A DNA stretch of 64,000 bases from Laetmonice hystrix. Lineage: Eukaryota. Positions 11,837 through 26,555 of the stretch are shown one piece after another. The translations under genes and the position numbers were made by a program. The notes below the pieces were generated by a model. The model did not search any database. It was not told the DNA's origin and saw nothing but the letters and a program-made list of their open reading frames with translations. Position 1 is the stretch's first letter. Each line of letters opens with the position of its first letter. The stretch lies in the NCBI GenBank assembly GCA_965235115.1, contig OZ249436.1, forward strand, positions 26,042,001 to 26,106,000. The letters are read 5' to 3'.

Positions 11837-12571
11837 CTGCATCATGAAGCATTTCTCAACAAATCGATCATCCCATCACAGTGTTAGTTGCTGTATCTGA
11901 CGTGATACAGTATTTGCTGCCATGTCTTGAAAAATTAAAAATTGGTTGTCGGGTTGAAATAAGTTCCTTTTAAAAAGAATATGTACTTTGATGATAAAAT
12001 GTTATTTACGGTACATGTGAATTCTTTTTAATAGAAAAATGGAAGTTTAAAAACTTGACAATTTTACTGTCAAGGAGGGGAACATGTATTTCTTTAGATT
12101 TACCCCAGTGTAGTAACGAAAATAAAGATGAAGAATAATGGAAGACTCAAAAAATTCTTCAGTATTTTTAATTCATCCTGCAATAATTGATCGATTTACA
12201 AATGGTTTACAGATGACATAAATACGGTTACATGATCTGGTCATGTAACATTTAAGTTACCTGTTATCTTACGGAGGGTTCTCCTTTTTTTTCTGTAATT
12301 AGTAAGTTTACCCATTTCATTCCACTCCGAGTTCCAGAACGTGAACATCGAACGTCTTCTTCCGTCTCCAACGCACCCAAGATCCTTATTTTAAAACATA
12401 ATTTTACATTTCTATTGCCCTACCGTACCTACCTGACAACACAGTAGCATTAAGCAAGTTCTCACACTGTATATGACTGAAATCTTTTCCACATTAAATA
12501 TTTTGCAAAGCATTACTATCATCATCATACAGTAATATTTGGTCATCATGTACAGTTTGTGTCGTCACATT

Positions 12572-15500
12572 TCATTTCTTGGTAGATAACAAACATGGCA
12601 AGAAATGCTCAAAATAAAAGGCATCAATATTTTCTTTCATATCTGCAAAGAAAGCTTCATCAACATTAATTTTTTCAATTATGAAATCTTCTTCACAGTA
12701 AACCATAAAGTCACACCAAGTGAATCCTGTAATGCCTAACTGTCCCATTATTTGGTAGTAGTACTCATGAGTGTGTTTTAATGTGTACTCCCCATTCTGT
12801 CTTTGCTTCAAATATTTACAATCTTTATAGGTGTTGTTCCCAGGACACTTTATCTCAAGAAGCCCCCACTTTTGGTCATCTGCAGCAGATGGATCATATA
12901 CGAGACGATCAGGAGAGCATCCCAAATGACAAGCTGTGGGATTTATAACAAAGCCAATGCTGTACACATTCACTCCCTTGTTTCTGGCGTAAACTTCTGC
13001 AGCTGTAGGTTCAAGTTCTAGCCCTCTTCTCATCAAACTGGTTTGCACAGTTTTGCCTGTTATCAGTCTTTGAGCCAGAGATTTAAAGTCTCCACGTCTA
13101 CAGCAAATCTGTTTGAATTTTGATGCAGTTAGACGTGACTCGCGAAGTTTTTTCCACTCAGGGCAAGCACTCTGTGTACGGGTTGAAAGTTCGTAATCTG
13201 ATGACTCGAGCAATGAGCATGAAAGCCCATCATACAATGACTGAAGTTCATCCGTGAGGGTAGACACATCGTAAATCATAGGAAGAACAGGTCTCGGGCA
13301 AGGTGGTCGACTGGGGGCATCAGCTACCATTAGTATACGGTCTCCTGGGGTGGTTATCTGCTGCTGATGAGCAAGCGTAGAGCCAAATGGGACTGGACCA
13401 ATCTCACTTGGAACAGCTACAGGCCAGTTATCCGGAAGTAGCTGCAAAATCTGGGGCTGTACAGCCTGTGTAGACATCATGCGCGATATTTTACCAGCAA
13501 AGTTCCTCGAGACGTCATAAATCGGTTCTCTGATAGGGTTATACAGCGTAGATGTAATTCCTGAGATAAAAAGAAAATATTAAAAGACTATGAACAATTT
13601 TTACAACATACAATGTTACAATTGCAACAATATTTATCCACTTGGGTAAAAAAACAGAAATCAAGTTTCACATGTTTTTAGCCCCAACCCCCTCGGGTTG
13701 TGGGGTAACAAGAACTGTTAGAAGCTAGAGGATGTGGTTAACCAATATTCTGGGGCTCACCTGCGCTAGATAATACATGATAAAATTCAATGAAAATATG
13801 ATGTAAAACTTATTTCATATTTAATTCTTGAAAGGTTCTTGAATTAACAAAAAATTGTTAATCAAAACAGTTTAATCAAGTTAACCACAAAAAGGAATTT
13901 AAAATCAAATAATGCTTTAATTTATGTTTATTGTTTTGTATTTGAAAAACAATTCTCACCAGTGACAATTCTTTTCTTCTTGACTCTTGGTGCACTGCTT
14001 GAGGTAGGTGGCTTGACCTTAAGGACTGACATGTCTGATATTGGTACTGGCTTAATTCCATGAGTTCTTGGGGGAATGTGCCATTGCTGTGGAGCCGATG
14101 TTTTTGATGTGATGGGGGGAACAACTTTCAGTCCTAGGTTTTGGTAGTGCACCAGTTGATAAAGAAGAGCAAGAGCGTGATTGCACACTCCTTTACCTGC
14201 AGTGCAGGAGCAGTGACATGTGATGTCCATATCATCAATGAAGTGTAGCTGAAAGCAAAAGAAGATTATTTAGTTCTTACTGTATGTGCATCAATATATT
14301 ATCAATCATAACATCGTGCAAAATATGATAAATTCGTCTCTCACTAAAGTAAAGGGTTGAAGGCCTACATAGGTCTGTTTCTTTCATAAATGTAATGACT
14401 ACACCTGTGATACCGATCTCAGGTTCCCGCTTCTGTCCCCCAGAGGATAATGCCAAGGCTGTGTTTAAAATCTGGTATTTTTTTATTATTTAAATACGGT
14501 ATACAACAAATGTTATCTTACCTCATAAACAGATTAACACCTCATAGTCATAGGAACTCCTTTCCTAAGGAAAAAGCAAAAACTTTAAAAAAACTGCAAG
14601 TTCAACATTCAGGAATTACTGAATTAGTAATATATATGCAAAACGCCAACGGTGAAAAAGAGTACTGTAACTAAAACAATAATAACACAATGTTAAAGAC
14701 AAACTTGAAAAATTACCTGCAGGTCCTTTGGTGGGTCATTTTTTTTCATTGAGGGGTAACACTGTGCTCTTACCTCCACCTGACTGCCACTCTTTACTGC
14801 GCATAAAATGTAGAGAAATGTATTAGTTTTATTGCATACATTGTGTAGGCCCTATAGTACAGTTATTCCTTTCTTAGCACATTATCATGTTATAATATCT
14901 AATTATCAAAAGACTTATATTATAATCTTTTTTTTATTTCCCACTGGCCCTGTACTATAGTATAGTATCGTATAGCTGACCCAAGACAAATCTGTCAAAA
15001 CTGACATAGGCTAGGGCCGACTTAGACAATGAAAATATTTGTTTATCATCAATTTAAGTTTATAGTCTACGAGTATGATCTGGATTGATAACTATGAATG
15101 ATTATGAATGGGTTCTTATGAATGACATTACAACACCACATATATGCCTGGGCCAGACTTGGTCTAGCCTAAGTTTGGTAGCCTAATTAAGTTCAGCCTT
15201 CAGGTGACTGTTGCAGGAGCCCGTTTCACTGACACCCTAAATTCCTAATCAAATGCCCTAATTTGTAAACGGTAACATCCCGACTTGTTGACACCATGCA
15301 CTCAAAACAAGTCAACTGTCAAGTGTTTCACTTTCACTAAAAAAAATGTCTCTCCTTGGAATTCAATGGCAATGTTAGGCCTAATTGCAAGGATCGACAT
15401 TTTTTTTGAAACGGTATGTCTCAATCAGAATCTTGGATGTCCCCACTAGGCCTACTTGACTTGTTGGGATGTCCTTGCTTGGTGAAACCTAAACTAAAGC

Positions 15501-16008
15501 AGGCAAAGCTGGCGTAGGCCCTACGGTCATTCCGACCATCCCCCGGGCCCGGCGGCGCAACACTGCCGCCAACGCAACAGTACGTCGAGCGGTAGCCTAC
15601 TCTAGTCCTGGCCCCGGTCATGGCTAAACCTCTATGTCTACGAATAGGATTACCGAAAACAAATGTTGGAAAAAAAACCAGTTTAGGCATAATCTTATTC
15701 TAACTCACTTTTAAAAACTCACTGGCACATCCACTAGCACACTAACGTAGATCTAGTCGTGACAGAGTCGTGGACGTAGGGGTCAGTGATCGTAATCTAC
15801 TTCAACAGTTCAAGCATTGCTTACCTTCTACGTTGTGAACATATGATCCAGAAAAAAACGCATCTATATAGCCTCTTGTCTGCAACTTCTTTGGCACCTT
15901 GGCCTTTTCGTTGGCCCATTTCTCAATGAAGGAATGGGACAACGGAGGAACTTTTGACAAATTCCTTGTCCACACCGTCGGCACCGTCGCCTGCTTCGCC
16001 ATTGACAT
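12572..16008 (-). CDS. SWIM-YqaJ exonuclease (E2), intact
   Basis: Same exons; one synonymous SNP near 13172. Confidence 0.9.
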
Positions 16009-16174
16009 GTTGATCCCGCCCCAGTTTGTTTGCGTCATTAGCCTCGTTTTCGATTTTAATGGCCACTCCGTGATACACGACTCATATCACGCCGACGTCA
16101 TTACGTAACCAAAACGAGGCCAATGACGCAAACAACAAGGCCACTGTGCCACGTGACTGTGCTCAGCGGCGAAG

Positions 16175-18830
16175 ATGGACGGTCGTCACGATCACTGCTG
16201 TGTCCCTCTCTGTAAAAGCGACTCGCGATACCACAGACACAGTGAAGTTAGCTTTCATGCCATCCCAAAAGATGAACAAAGGAGGCGTGCGTGGATTCAT
16301 GCAATCAGGAGGGACCCTGGATCGAACTTTAAGGCGAATATTTAACCCGAAAAAAGTCGCAATATCAATCAATGTCAAGCCGACTGCTAGATGATAGATG
16401 TAGATTCTAGACCTTGCTTGTCTGGCCTAGCCTAGTTAAGTTGTAGTCTATACTGTTGAGTGTTGTAGCTAGCATGATTAAAGACTAGAGTATAGGATCG
16501 AGGGTATAGATCATGTAGAATTAAGTCTGGATTGACCACGACCTGCTCTGCTAGCGGGCCGCTGCTAGCACTGGCGCCAGGCCGAACCCCAGCGTCAGCG
16601 TGCTTTACGTTTAGTTCTGACATTTATTTACCTGTCTTGAGTGATTGTCATTGTGACTGTGAGTGTAACTGTCCGATCAGTCAAGTCGTTACCGAAACGA
16701 GTTGTAACTGAACCGATAGTGCAGTAGCCAAAACAAAATGGGGGTTAATTTTATTCATGTCAAAATTCTTTCTGGTGTGGTAGGCTCTGCGCCGGGAAGG
16801 GGGGCGGGGGTGACGATCTTAGACTTTGGAGGTTCATGTCAACAATAAACAAAGCATGTGTAGACTAGTCTATGTCGGCCTCTATTCTTCAGTATCTAGA
16901 TCTATATGCTAGGATTAGGAATAGGATTAGTTTTGATGGCAGTCTGTGACTTATGGCATGATACAATTTTACAAGACAGTATAGTCAACAATATCAACAT
17001 TTGCAACAAATCAAGTGTTACTGCCAGGCCTAAGTAGCCTACTGCTTCCCTTATTGAATAAAAAACTTATTAGACCTACTTTATTACTATTAGTCTAGTA
17101 GATGTAGTAGTAGTAGCAGATCTAGTACCCAAAATTCTGATTTAAATGAAAATTGAATCCACCCAGTGACCCTCCCAAGGCTGCTATTTTAATGCTGATG
17201 GGTTTAATAGCCAGGATAATTCAGTATGACGTATTCAATCAGTGTATCTATAGTTTACATGTAATTGTATATTAATTTGAATTTCTTTTCACACCCTAGA
17301 TCACGTCTTCAACTAAGGTGTGCTCCATACATTTTGAGAAAGAAGAGATTGTGAGAAGCCTGTGTGGAAAGCGGGGTGTGATTAAGGGAGCAGTTCCTCA
17401 CATATTTCCATGGACCAAGGAAGCAAAGAGCAGGAAGTCACCAAAAGAGCGAGTGTCATCTTCTAATGAACCAACTGACGATGGGTTCCAAATGGAATAC
17501 ACTGAAGAAAGGTAAATTCAAATGAATATCAAGGTTAGAAATTAGGCCAAAAAAAACTTTTTTGGAAGCACAGCAAAAGGCCATCCAGCCTCCCGCTAAC
17601 ATCGATACCTGAATATGAAAGACACTTTATGTATTTGATAAAATATCAACTGGTTGGTAATGAAAAATTTCTTGGGTAATCTTTGGTAATCAACTTCGGT
17701 CAAAATGGCAGTGCTATTAGACTAATGACATTCCTTCTTTTTCAGTGAAGCAAGCAGAAGTGTACTCTGTCAACGGCCTCCGGACCACGACTACACAGCA
17801 TGTTCAAAACTGACACTTGAAGAGCAATTGGAAGCTGCCTTGGAACACATCAGTCTGCTGGAGAAGGAAAATGAACACCTGAAATCGCTCCAGTTTGGTA
17901 TCAATCGTTTCACCACAGATCCTGACATGATAGCTTTCTATACAGGCTTCAGATCATATGATATGTTCTTGACAACATATTTAGCCTTTCAACCAACCGC
18001 TGATAATCTTCTCACTTAATTGGTCACAGCTTCAGAGACAGAGGTCCGGTACTGCCTTAAACACAAGAGACATTCTCAAACATGAACATCTATCCACAAT
18101 AGATCAATTTTTCTTATTTATGTGTCGCTGCAAGGCTGGCCTTTTTGAGAAGGATCTGGCCGAAAGGTTCCATGTAAGCTTCTCAACAGTGAGCAGAATC
18201 ATCATCACCTGGGCAAACTATCTGTACCACCTTTTAGGAGCTTTGCCAATTTGGCCATCTTGTCATCAGATTCGTAAACATATTCCTGAATGTTTCAAAG
18301 AGTGTTATTCTACCACCAGAGTAATATTAGATTGCACTGAGATTAAGTGTCAAACTCCATCAGCGTTGTACTTGAACAGCCAGCTGTACTCGCACTACAA
18401 GGGTAGCACAACATTCAAGGGTCTGATAGGCATTACACCCTCAGGAGCAGTGTCATTTGTCAGTCAGCTGTACACGGGAAGCATTTCTGATGTGGACATC
18501 ACAGCAAGATGTGGCATTGTTGACCTTTTAGACTCACTGGACTCGGTCATGGCTGACAAGGGATTCACCATCCAAGACCTTTTGGCTACAAAAGGTGCCA
18601 CTCTGACAATTCCGCCTTTTTTAACTGACAAACGTAACCAATTTGAAAGGGGTGAGGTTCAGCAAACACAGAATATTGCCAGGGTCAGGATCCACGTTGA
18701 ACGCGCTATCAGGAGAGTAAAGGAGTATCACATATTTGATAGCATTGTACCACTAAGCCTGGCAGGTACCATCAACCAAATGTGGACTGTTTGTGCTCTT
18801 CTGACAAACTTCAGAGGTCCCCTTTTCTGA
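16175..18830 (+). pseudogene. Transposase E3, same +4 frameshift
   Basis: cacttaattggt near 18017; split ORFs. Confidence 0.9.
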
Positions 18831-19565
18831 CTGCATCATGAAGCATTTCTCAACAAATCGATCATCCCATCACAGTGTTAGTTGCTGTATCTGACGTGAT
18901 ACAGTATTTGCTGCCATGTCTTGAAAAATTAAAAATTGGTTGTCGGGTTGAAATAAGTTCCTTTTAAAAAGAATATGTACTTTGATGATAAAATGTTATT
19001 TACGGTACATGTGAATTCTTTTTAATAGAAAAATGGAAGTTTAAAAACTTGACAATTTTACTGTCAAGGAGGGGAACATGTATTTCTTTAGATTTACCCC
19101 AGTGTAGTAACGAAAATAAAGATGAAGAATAATGGAAGACTCAAAAAATTCTTCAGTATTTTTAATTCATCCTGCAATAATTGATCGATTTACAAATGGT
19201 TTACAGATGACATAAATACGGTTACATGATCTGGTCATGTAACATTTAAGTTACCTGTTATCTTACGGAGGGTTCTCCTTTTTTTTCTGTAATTAGTAAG
19301 TTTACCCATTTCATTCCACTCCGAGTTCCAGAACGTGAACATCGAACGTCTTCTTCCGTCTCCAACGCACCCAAGATCCTTATTTTAAAACATAATTTTA
19401 CATTTCTATTGCCCTACCGTACCTACCTGACAACACAGTAGCATTAAGCAAGTTCTCACACTGTATATGACTGAAATCTTTTCCACATTAAATATTTTGC
19501 AAAGCATTACTATCATCATCATACAGTAATATTTGGTCATCATGTACAGTTTGTGTCGTCACATT

Positions 19566-22500
19566 TCATTTCTTGGTAGATAACAAACATGGCAAGAAAT
19601 GCTCAAAATAAAAGGCATCAATATTTTCTTTCATATCTGCAAAGAAAGCTTCATCAACATTAATTTTTTCAATTATGAAATCTTCTTCACAGTAAACCAT
19701 AAAGTCACACCAAGTGAATCCTGTAATGCCTAACTGTCCCATTATTTGGTAGTAGTACTCATGAGTGTGTTTTAATGTGTACTCCCCATTCTGTCTTTGC
19801 TTCAAATATTTACAATCTTTATAGGTGTTGTTCCCAGGACACTTTATCTCAAGAAGCCCCCACTTTTGGTCATCTGCAGCAGATGGATCATATACGAGAC
19901 GATCAGGAGAGCATCCCAAATGACAAGCTGTGGGATTTATAACAAAGCCAATGCTGTACACATTCACTCCCTTGTTTCTGGCGTAAACTTCTGCAGCTGT
20001 AGGTTCAAGTTCTAGCCCTCTTCTCATCAAACTGGTTTGCACAGTTTTGCCTGTTATCAGTCTTTGAGCCAGAGATTTAAAGTCTCCACGTCTACAGCAA
20101 ATCTGTTTGAATTTTGATGCAGTTAGACGTGACTCGCGAAGTTTTTTCCACTCAGGGCAAGCACTTTGTGTACGGGTTGAAAGTTCGTAATCTGATGACT
20201 CGAGCAATGAGCATGAAAGCCCATCATACAATGACTGAAGTTCATCCGTGAGGGTAGACACATCGTAAATCATAGGAAGAACAGGTCTCGGGCAAGGTGG
20301 TCGACTGGGGGCATCAGCTACCATTAGTATACGGTCTCCTGGGGTGGTTATCTGCTGCTGATGAGCAAGCGTAGAGCCAAATGGGACTGGACCAATCTCA
20401 CTTGGAACAGCTACAGGCCAGTTATCCGGAAGTAGCTGCAAAATCTGGGGCTGTACAGCCTGTGTAGACATCATGCGCGATATTTTACCAGCAAAGTTCC
20501 TCGAGACGTCATAAATCGGTTCTCTGATAGGGTTATACAGCGTAGATGTAATTCCTGAGATAAAAAGAAAATATTAAAAGACTATGAACAATTTTTACAA
20601 CATACAATGTTACAATTGCAACAATATTTATCCACTTGGGTAAAAAAACAGAAATCAAGTTTCACATGTTTTTAGCCCCAACCCCCTCGGGTTGTGGGGT
20701 AACAAGAACTGTTAGAAGCTAGAGGATGTGGTTAACCAATATTCTGGGGCTCACCTGCGCTAGATAATACATGATAAAATTCAATGAAAATATGATGTAA
20801 AACTTATTTCATATTTAATTCTTGAAAGGTTCTTGAATTAACAAAAAATTGTTAATCAAAACAGTTTAATCAAGTTAACCACAAAAAGGAATTTAAAATC
20901 AAATAATGCTTTAATTTATGTTTATTGTTTTGTATTTGAAAAACAATTCTCACCAGTGACAATTCTTTTCTTCTTGACTCTTGGTGCACTGCTTGAGGTA
21001 GGTGGCTTGACCTTAAGGACTGACATGTCTGATATTGGTACTGGCTTAATTCCATGAGTTCTTGGGGGAATGTGCCATTGCTGTGGAGCCGATGTTTTTG
21101 ATGTGATGGGGGGAACAACTTTCAGTCCTAGGTTTTGGTAGTGCACCAGTTGATAAAGAAGAGCAAGAGCGTGATTGCACACTCCTTTACCTGCAGTGCA
21201 GGAGCAGTGACATGTGATGTCCATATCATCAATGAAGTGTAGCTGAAAGCAAAAGAAGATTATTTAGTTCTTACTGTATGTGCATCAATATATTATCAAT
21301 CATAACATCGTGCAAAATATGATAAATTCGTCTCTCACTAAAGTAAAGGGTTGAAGGCCTACATAGGTCTGTTTCTTTCATAAATGTAATGACTACACCT
21401 GTGATACCGATCTCAGGTTCCCGCTTCTGTCCCCCAGAGGATAATGCCAAGGCTGTGTTTAAAATCTGGTATTTTTTTATTATTTAAATACGGTATACAA
21501 CAAATGTTATCTTACCTCATAAACAGATTAACACCTCATAGTCATAGGAACTCCTTTCCTAAGGAAAAAGCAAAAACTTTAAAAAAACTGCAAGTTCAAC
21601 ATTCAGGAATTACTGAATTAGTAATATATATGCAAAACGCCAACGGTGAAAAAGAGTACTGTAACTAAAACAATAATAACACAATGTTAAAGACAAACTT
21701 GAAAAATTACCTGCAGGTCCTTTGGTGGGTCATTTTTTTTCATTGAGGGGTAACACTGTGCTCTTACCTCCACCTGACTGCCACTCTTTACTGCGCATAA
21801 AATGTAGAGAAATGTATTAGTTTTATTGCATACATTGTGTAGGCCCTATAGTACAGTTATTCCTTTCTTAGCACATTATCATGTTATAATATCTAATTAT
21901 CAAAAGACTTATATTATAATCTTTTTTTTATTTCCCACTGGCCCTGTACTATAGTATAGTATCGTATAGCTGACCCAAGACAAATCTGTCAAAACTGACA
22001 TAGGCTAGGGCCGACTTAGACAATGAAAATATTTGTTTATCATCAATTTAAGTTTATAGTCTACGAGTATGATCTGGATTGATAACTATGAATGATTATG
22101 AATGGGTTCTTATGAATGACATTACAACACCACATATATGCCTGGGCCAGACTTGGTCTAGCCTAAGTTTGGTAGCCTAATTAAGTTCAGCCTTCAGGTG
22201 ACTGTTGCAGGAGCCCGTTTCACTGACACCCTAAATTCCTAATCAAATGCCCTAATTTGTAAACGGTAACATCCCGACTTGTTGACACCATGCACTCAAA
22301 ACAAGTCAACTGTCAAGTGTTTCACTTTCACTAAAAAAAATGTCTCTCCTTGGAATTCAATGGCAATGTTAGGCCTAATTGCAAGGATCGACATTTTTTT
22401 TGAAACGGTATGTCTCAATCAGAATCTTGGATGTCCCCACTAGGCCTACTTGACTTGTTGGGATGTCCTTGCTTGGTGAAACCTAAACTAAAGCAGGCAA

Positions 22501-23002
22501 AGCTGGCGTAGGCCCTACGGTCATTCCGACCATCCCCCGGGCCCGGCGGCGCAACACTGCCGCCAACGCAACAGTACGTCGAGCGGTAGCCTACTCTAGT
22601 CCTGGCCCCGGTCATGGCTAAACCTCTATGTCTACGAATAGGATTACCGAAAACAAATGTTGGAAAAAAAACCAGTTTAGGCATAATCTTATTCTAACTC
22701 ACTTTTAAAAACTCACTGGCACATCCACTAGCACACTAACGTAGATCTAGTCGTGACAGAGTCGTGGACGTAGGGGTCAGTGATCGTAATCTACTTCAAC
22801 AGTTCAAGCATTGCTTACCTTCTACGTTGTGAACATATGATCCAGAAAAAAACGCATCTATATAGCCTCTTGTCTGCAACTTCTTTGGCACCTTGGCCTT
22901 TTCGTTGGCCCATTTCTCAATGAAGGAATGGGACAACGGAGGAACTTTTGACAAATTCCTTGTCCACACCGTCGGCACCGTCGCCTGCTTCGCCATTGAC
23001 AT
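19566..23002 (-). CDS. SWIM-YqaJ exonuclease (E3), intact
   Basis: Identical ORF-track peptides and splice sites. Confidence 0.9.
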
Positions 23003-23168
23003 GTTGATCCCGCCCCAGTTTGTTTGCGTCATTAGCCTCGTTTTCGATTTTAATGGCCACTCCGTGATACACGACTCATATCACGCCGACGTCATTACGT
23101 AACCAAAACGAGGCCAATGACGCAAACAACAAGGCCACTGTGCCACGTGACTGTGCTCAGCGGCGAAG

Positions 23169-25820
23169 ATGGACGGTCGTCACGATCACTGCTGTGTCCC
23201 TCTCTGTAAAAGCGACTCGCGATACCACAGACACAGTGAAGTTAGCTTTCATGCCATCCCAAAAGATGAACAAAGGAGGCGTGCGTGGATTCATGCAATC
23301 AGGAGGGACCCTGGATCGAACTTTAAGGCGAATATTTAACCCGAAAAAAGTCGCAATATCAATCAATGTCAAGCCGACTGCTAGATGATAGATGTAGATT
23401 CTAGACCTTGCTTGTCTGGCCTAGCCTAGTTAAGTTGTAGTCTATACTGTTGAGTGTTGTAGCTAGCATGATTAAAGACTAGAGTATAGGATCGAGGGTA
23501 TAGATCATGTAGAATTAAGTCTGGATTGACCACGACCTGCTCTGCTAGCGGGCCGCTGCTAGCACTGGCGCCAGGCCGAACCCCAGCGTCAGCGTGCTTT
23601 ACGTTTAGTTCTGACATTTATTTACCTGTCTTGAGTGATTGTCATTGTGACTGTGAGTGTAACTGTCCGATCAGTCAAGTCGTTACCGAAACGAGTTGTA
23701 ACTGAACCGATAGTGCAGTAGCCAAAACAAAATGGGGGTTAATTTTATTCATGTCAAAATTCTTTCTGGTGTGGTAGGCTCTGCGCCGGGAAGGGGGGCG
23801 GGGGTGACGATCTTAGACTTTGGAGGTTCATGTCAACAATAAACAAAGCATGTGTAGACTAGTCTATGTCGGCCTCTATTCTTCAGTATCTAGATCTATA
23901 TGCTAGGATTAGGAATAGGATTAGTTTTGATGGCAGTCTGTGACTTATGGCATGATACAATTTTACAAGACAGTATAGTCAACAATATCAACATTTGCAA
24001 CAAATCAAGTGTTACTGCCAGGCCTAAGTAGCCTACTGCTTCCCTTATTGAATAAAAAACTTATTAGACCTACTTTATTACTATTAGTCTAGTAGATGTA
24101 GTAGTAGTAGCAGATCTAGTACCCAAAATTCTGATTTAAATGAAAATTGAATCCACCCAGTGACCCTCCCAAGGCTGCTATTTTAATGCTGATGGGTTTA
24201 ATAGCCAGGATAATTCAGTATGACGTATTCAATCAGTGTATCTATAGTTTACATGTAATTGTATATTAATTTGAATTTCTTTTCACACCCTAGATCACGT
24301 CTTCAACTAAGGTGTGCTCCATACATTTTGAGAAAGAAGAGATTGTGAGAAGCCTGTGTGGAAAGCGGGGTGTGATTAAGGGAGCAGTTCCTCACATATT
24401 TCCATGGACCAAGGAAGCAAAGAGCAGGAAGTCACCAAAAGAGCGAGTGTCATCTTCTAATGAACCAACTGACGATGGGTTCCAAATGGAATACACTGAA
24501 GAAAGGTAAATTCAAATGAATATCAAGGTTAGAAATTAGGCCAAAAAAAACTTTTTTGGAAGCACAGCAAAAGGCCATCCAGCCTCCCGCTAACATCGAT
24601 ACCTGAATATGAAAGACACTTTATGTATTTGATAAAATATCAACTGGTTGGTAATGAAAAATTTCTTGGGTAATCTTTGGTAATCAACTTCGGTCAAAAT
24701 GGCAGTGCTATTAGACTAATGACATTCCTTCTTTTTCAGTGAAGCAAGCAGAAGTGTACTCTGTCAACGGCCTCCGGACCACGACTACACAGCATGTTCA
24801 AAACTGACACTTGAAGAGCAATTGGAAGCTGCCTTGGAACACATCAGTCTGCTGGAGAAGGAAAATGAACACCTGAAATCGCTCCAGTTTGGTATCAATC
24901 GTTTCACCACAGATCCTGACATGATAGCTTTCTATACAGGCTTCAGATCATATGATATGTTCTTGACAACATATTTAGCCTTTCAACCAACCGCTGATAA
25001 TCTTCTCACTTGGTCACAGCTTCAGAGACAGAGGTCTGGTACTGCCTTAAACACAAGAGACATTCTCAAACATGAACATCTATCCACAATAGATCAATTT
25101 TTCTTATTTATGTGTCGCTGCAAGGCTGGCCTTTTTGAGAAGGATCTGGCCGAAAGGTTCCATGTAAGCTTCTCAACAGTGAGCAGAATCATCATCACCT
25201 GGGCAAACTATCTGTACCACCTTTTAGGAGCTTTGCCAATTTGGCCATCTTGTCATCAGATTCGTAAACATATTCCTGAATGTTTCAAAGAGTGTTATTC
25301 TACCACCAGAGTAATATTAGATTGCACTGAGATTAAGTGTCAAACTCCATCAGCGTTGTACTTGAACAGCCAGCTGTACTCGCACTACAAGGGTAGCACA
25401 ACATTCAAGGGTCTGATAGGCATTACACCCTCAGGAGCAGTGTCATTTGTCAGTCAGCTGTACACGGGAAGCATTTCTGATGTGGACATCACAGCAAGAT
25501 GTGGCATTGTTGACCTTTTAGACTCACTGGACTCGGTCATGGCTGACAAGGGATTCACCATCCAAGACCTTTTGGCTACAAAAGGTGCCACTCTGACAAT
25601 TCCGCCTTTTTTAACTGACAAACGTAACCAATTTGAAAGGGGTGAGGTTCAGCAAACACAGAATATTGCCAGGGTCAGGATCCACGTTGAACGCGCTATC
25701 AGGAGAGTAAAGGAGTATCACATATTTGATAGCATTGTACCACTAAGCCTGGCAGGTACCATCAACCAAATGTGGACTGTTTGTGCTCTTCTGACAAACT
25801 TCAGAGGTCCCCTTTTCTGA
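23169..25820 (+). CDS. ISL2EU/Harbinger-type transposase (THAP + HCF-binding motif + coiled coil + HTH + DDE), 483 aa. Exons 23169-23327, 24294-24505, 24740-25820
   Basis: Phases are consistent (159+212+1081=1452 nt). Catalytic motifs ILDCTE, MADKGF and RIHVERAI; YSHYKG; HTH DLAERFHVSFSTVSRI; DHDY. Intron 1 is GC-AG. Confidence 0.9.
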
Positions 25821-26555
25821 CTGCATCATGAAGCATTTCTCAACAAATCGATCATCCCATCACAGTGTTAGTTGCTGTATCTGACGTGATACAGTATTTG
25901 CTGCCATGTCTTGAAAAATTAAAAATTGGTTGTCGGGTTGAAATAAGTTCCTTTTAAAAAGAATATGTACTTTGATGATAAAATGTTATTTACGGTACAT
26001 GTGAATTCTTTTTAATAGAAAAATGGAAGTTTAAAAACTTGACAATTTTACTGTCAAGGAGGGGAACATGTATTTCTTTAGATTTACCCCAGTGTAGTAA
26101 CGAAAATAAAGATGAAGAATAATGGAAGACTCAAAAAATTCTTCAGTATTTTTAATTCATCCTGCAATAATTGATCGATTTACAAATGGTTTACAGATGA
26201 CATAAATACGGTTACATGATCTGGTCATGTAACATTTAAGTTACCTGTTATCTTACGGAGGGTTCTCCTTTTTTTTCTGTAATTAGTAAGTTTACCCATT
26301 TCATTCCACTCCGAGTTCCAGAACGTGAACATCGAACGTCTTCTTCCGTCTCCAACGCACCCAAGATCCTTATTTTAAAACATAATTTTACATTTCTATT
26401 GCCCTACCGTACCTACCTGACAACACAGTAGCATTAAGCAAGTTCTCACACTGTATATGACTGAAATCTTTTCCACATTAAATATTTTGCAAAGCATTAC
26501 TATCATCATCATACAGTAATATTTGGTCATCATGTACAGTTTGTGTCGTCACATT

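Larger units (their letters stand above)
9091..16075 (+). mobile_element. ISL2EU-like transposon copy E2
   Basis: Near-identical to E1. Confidence 0.88.
16085..23069 (+). mobile_element. ISL2EU-like transposon copy E3
   Basis: Near-identical to E1/E2. Confidence 0.88.
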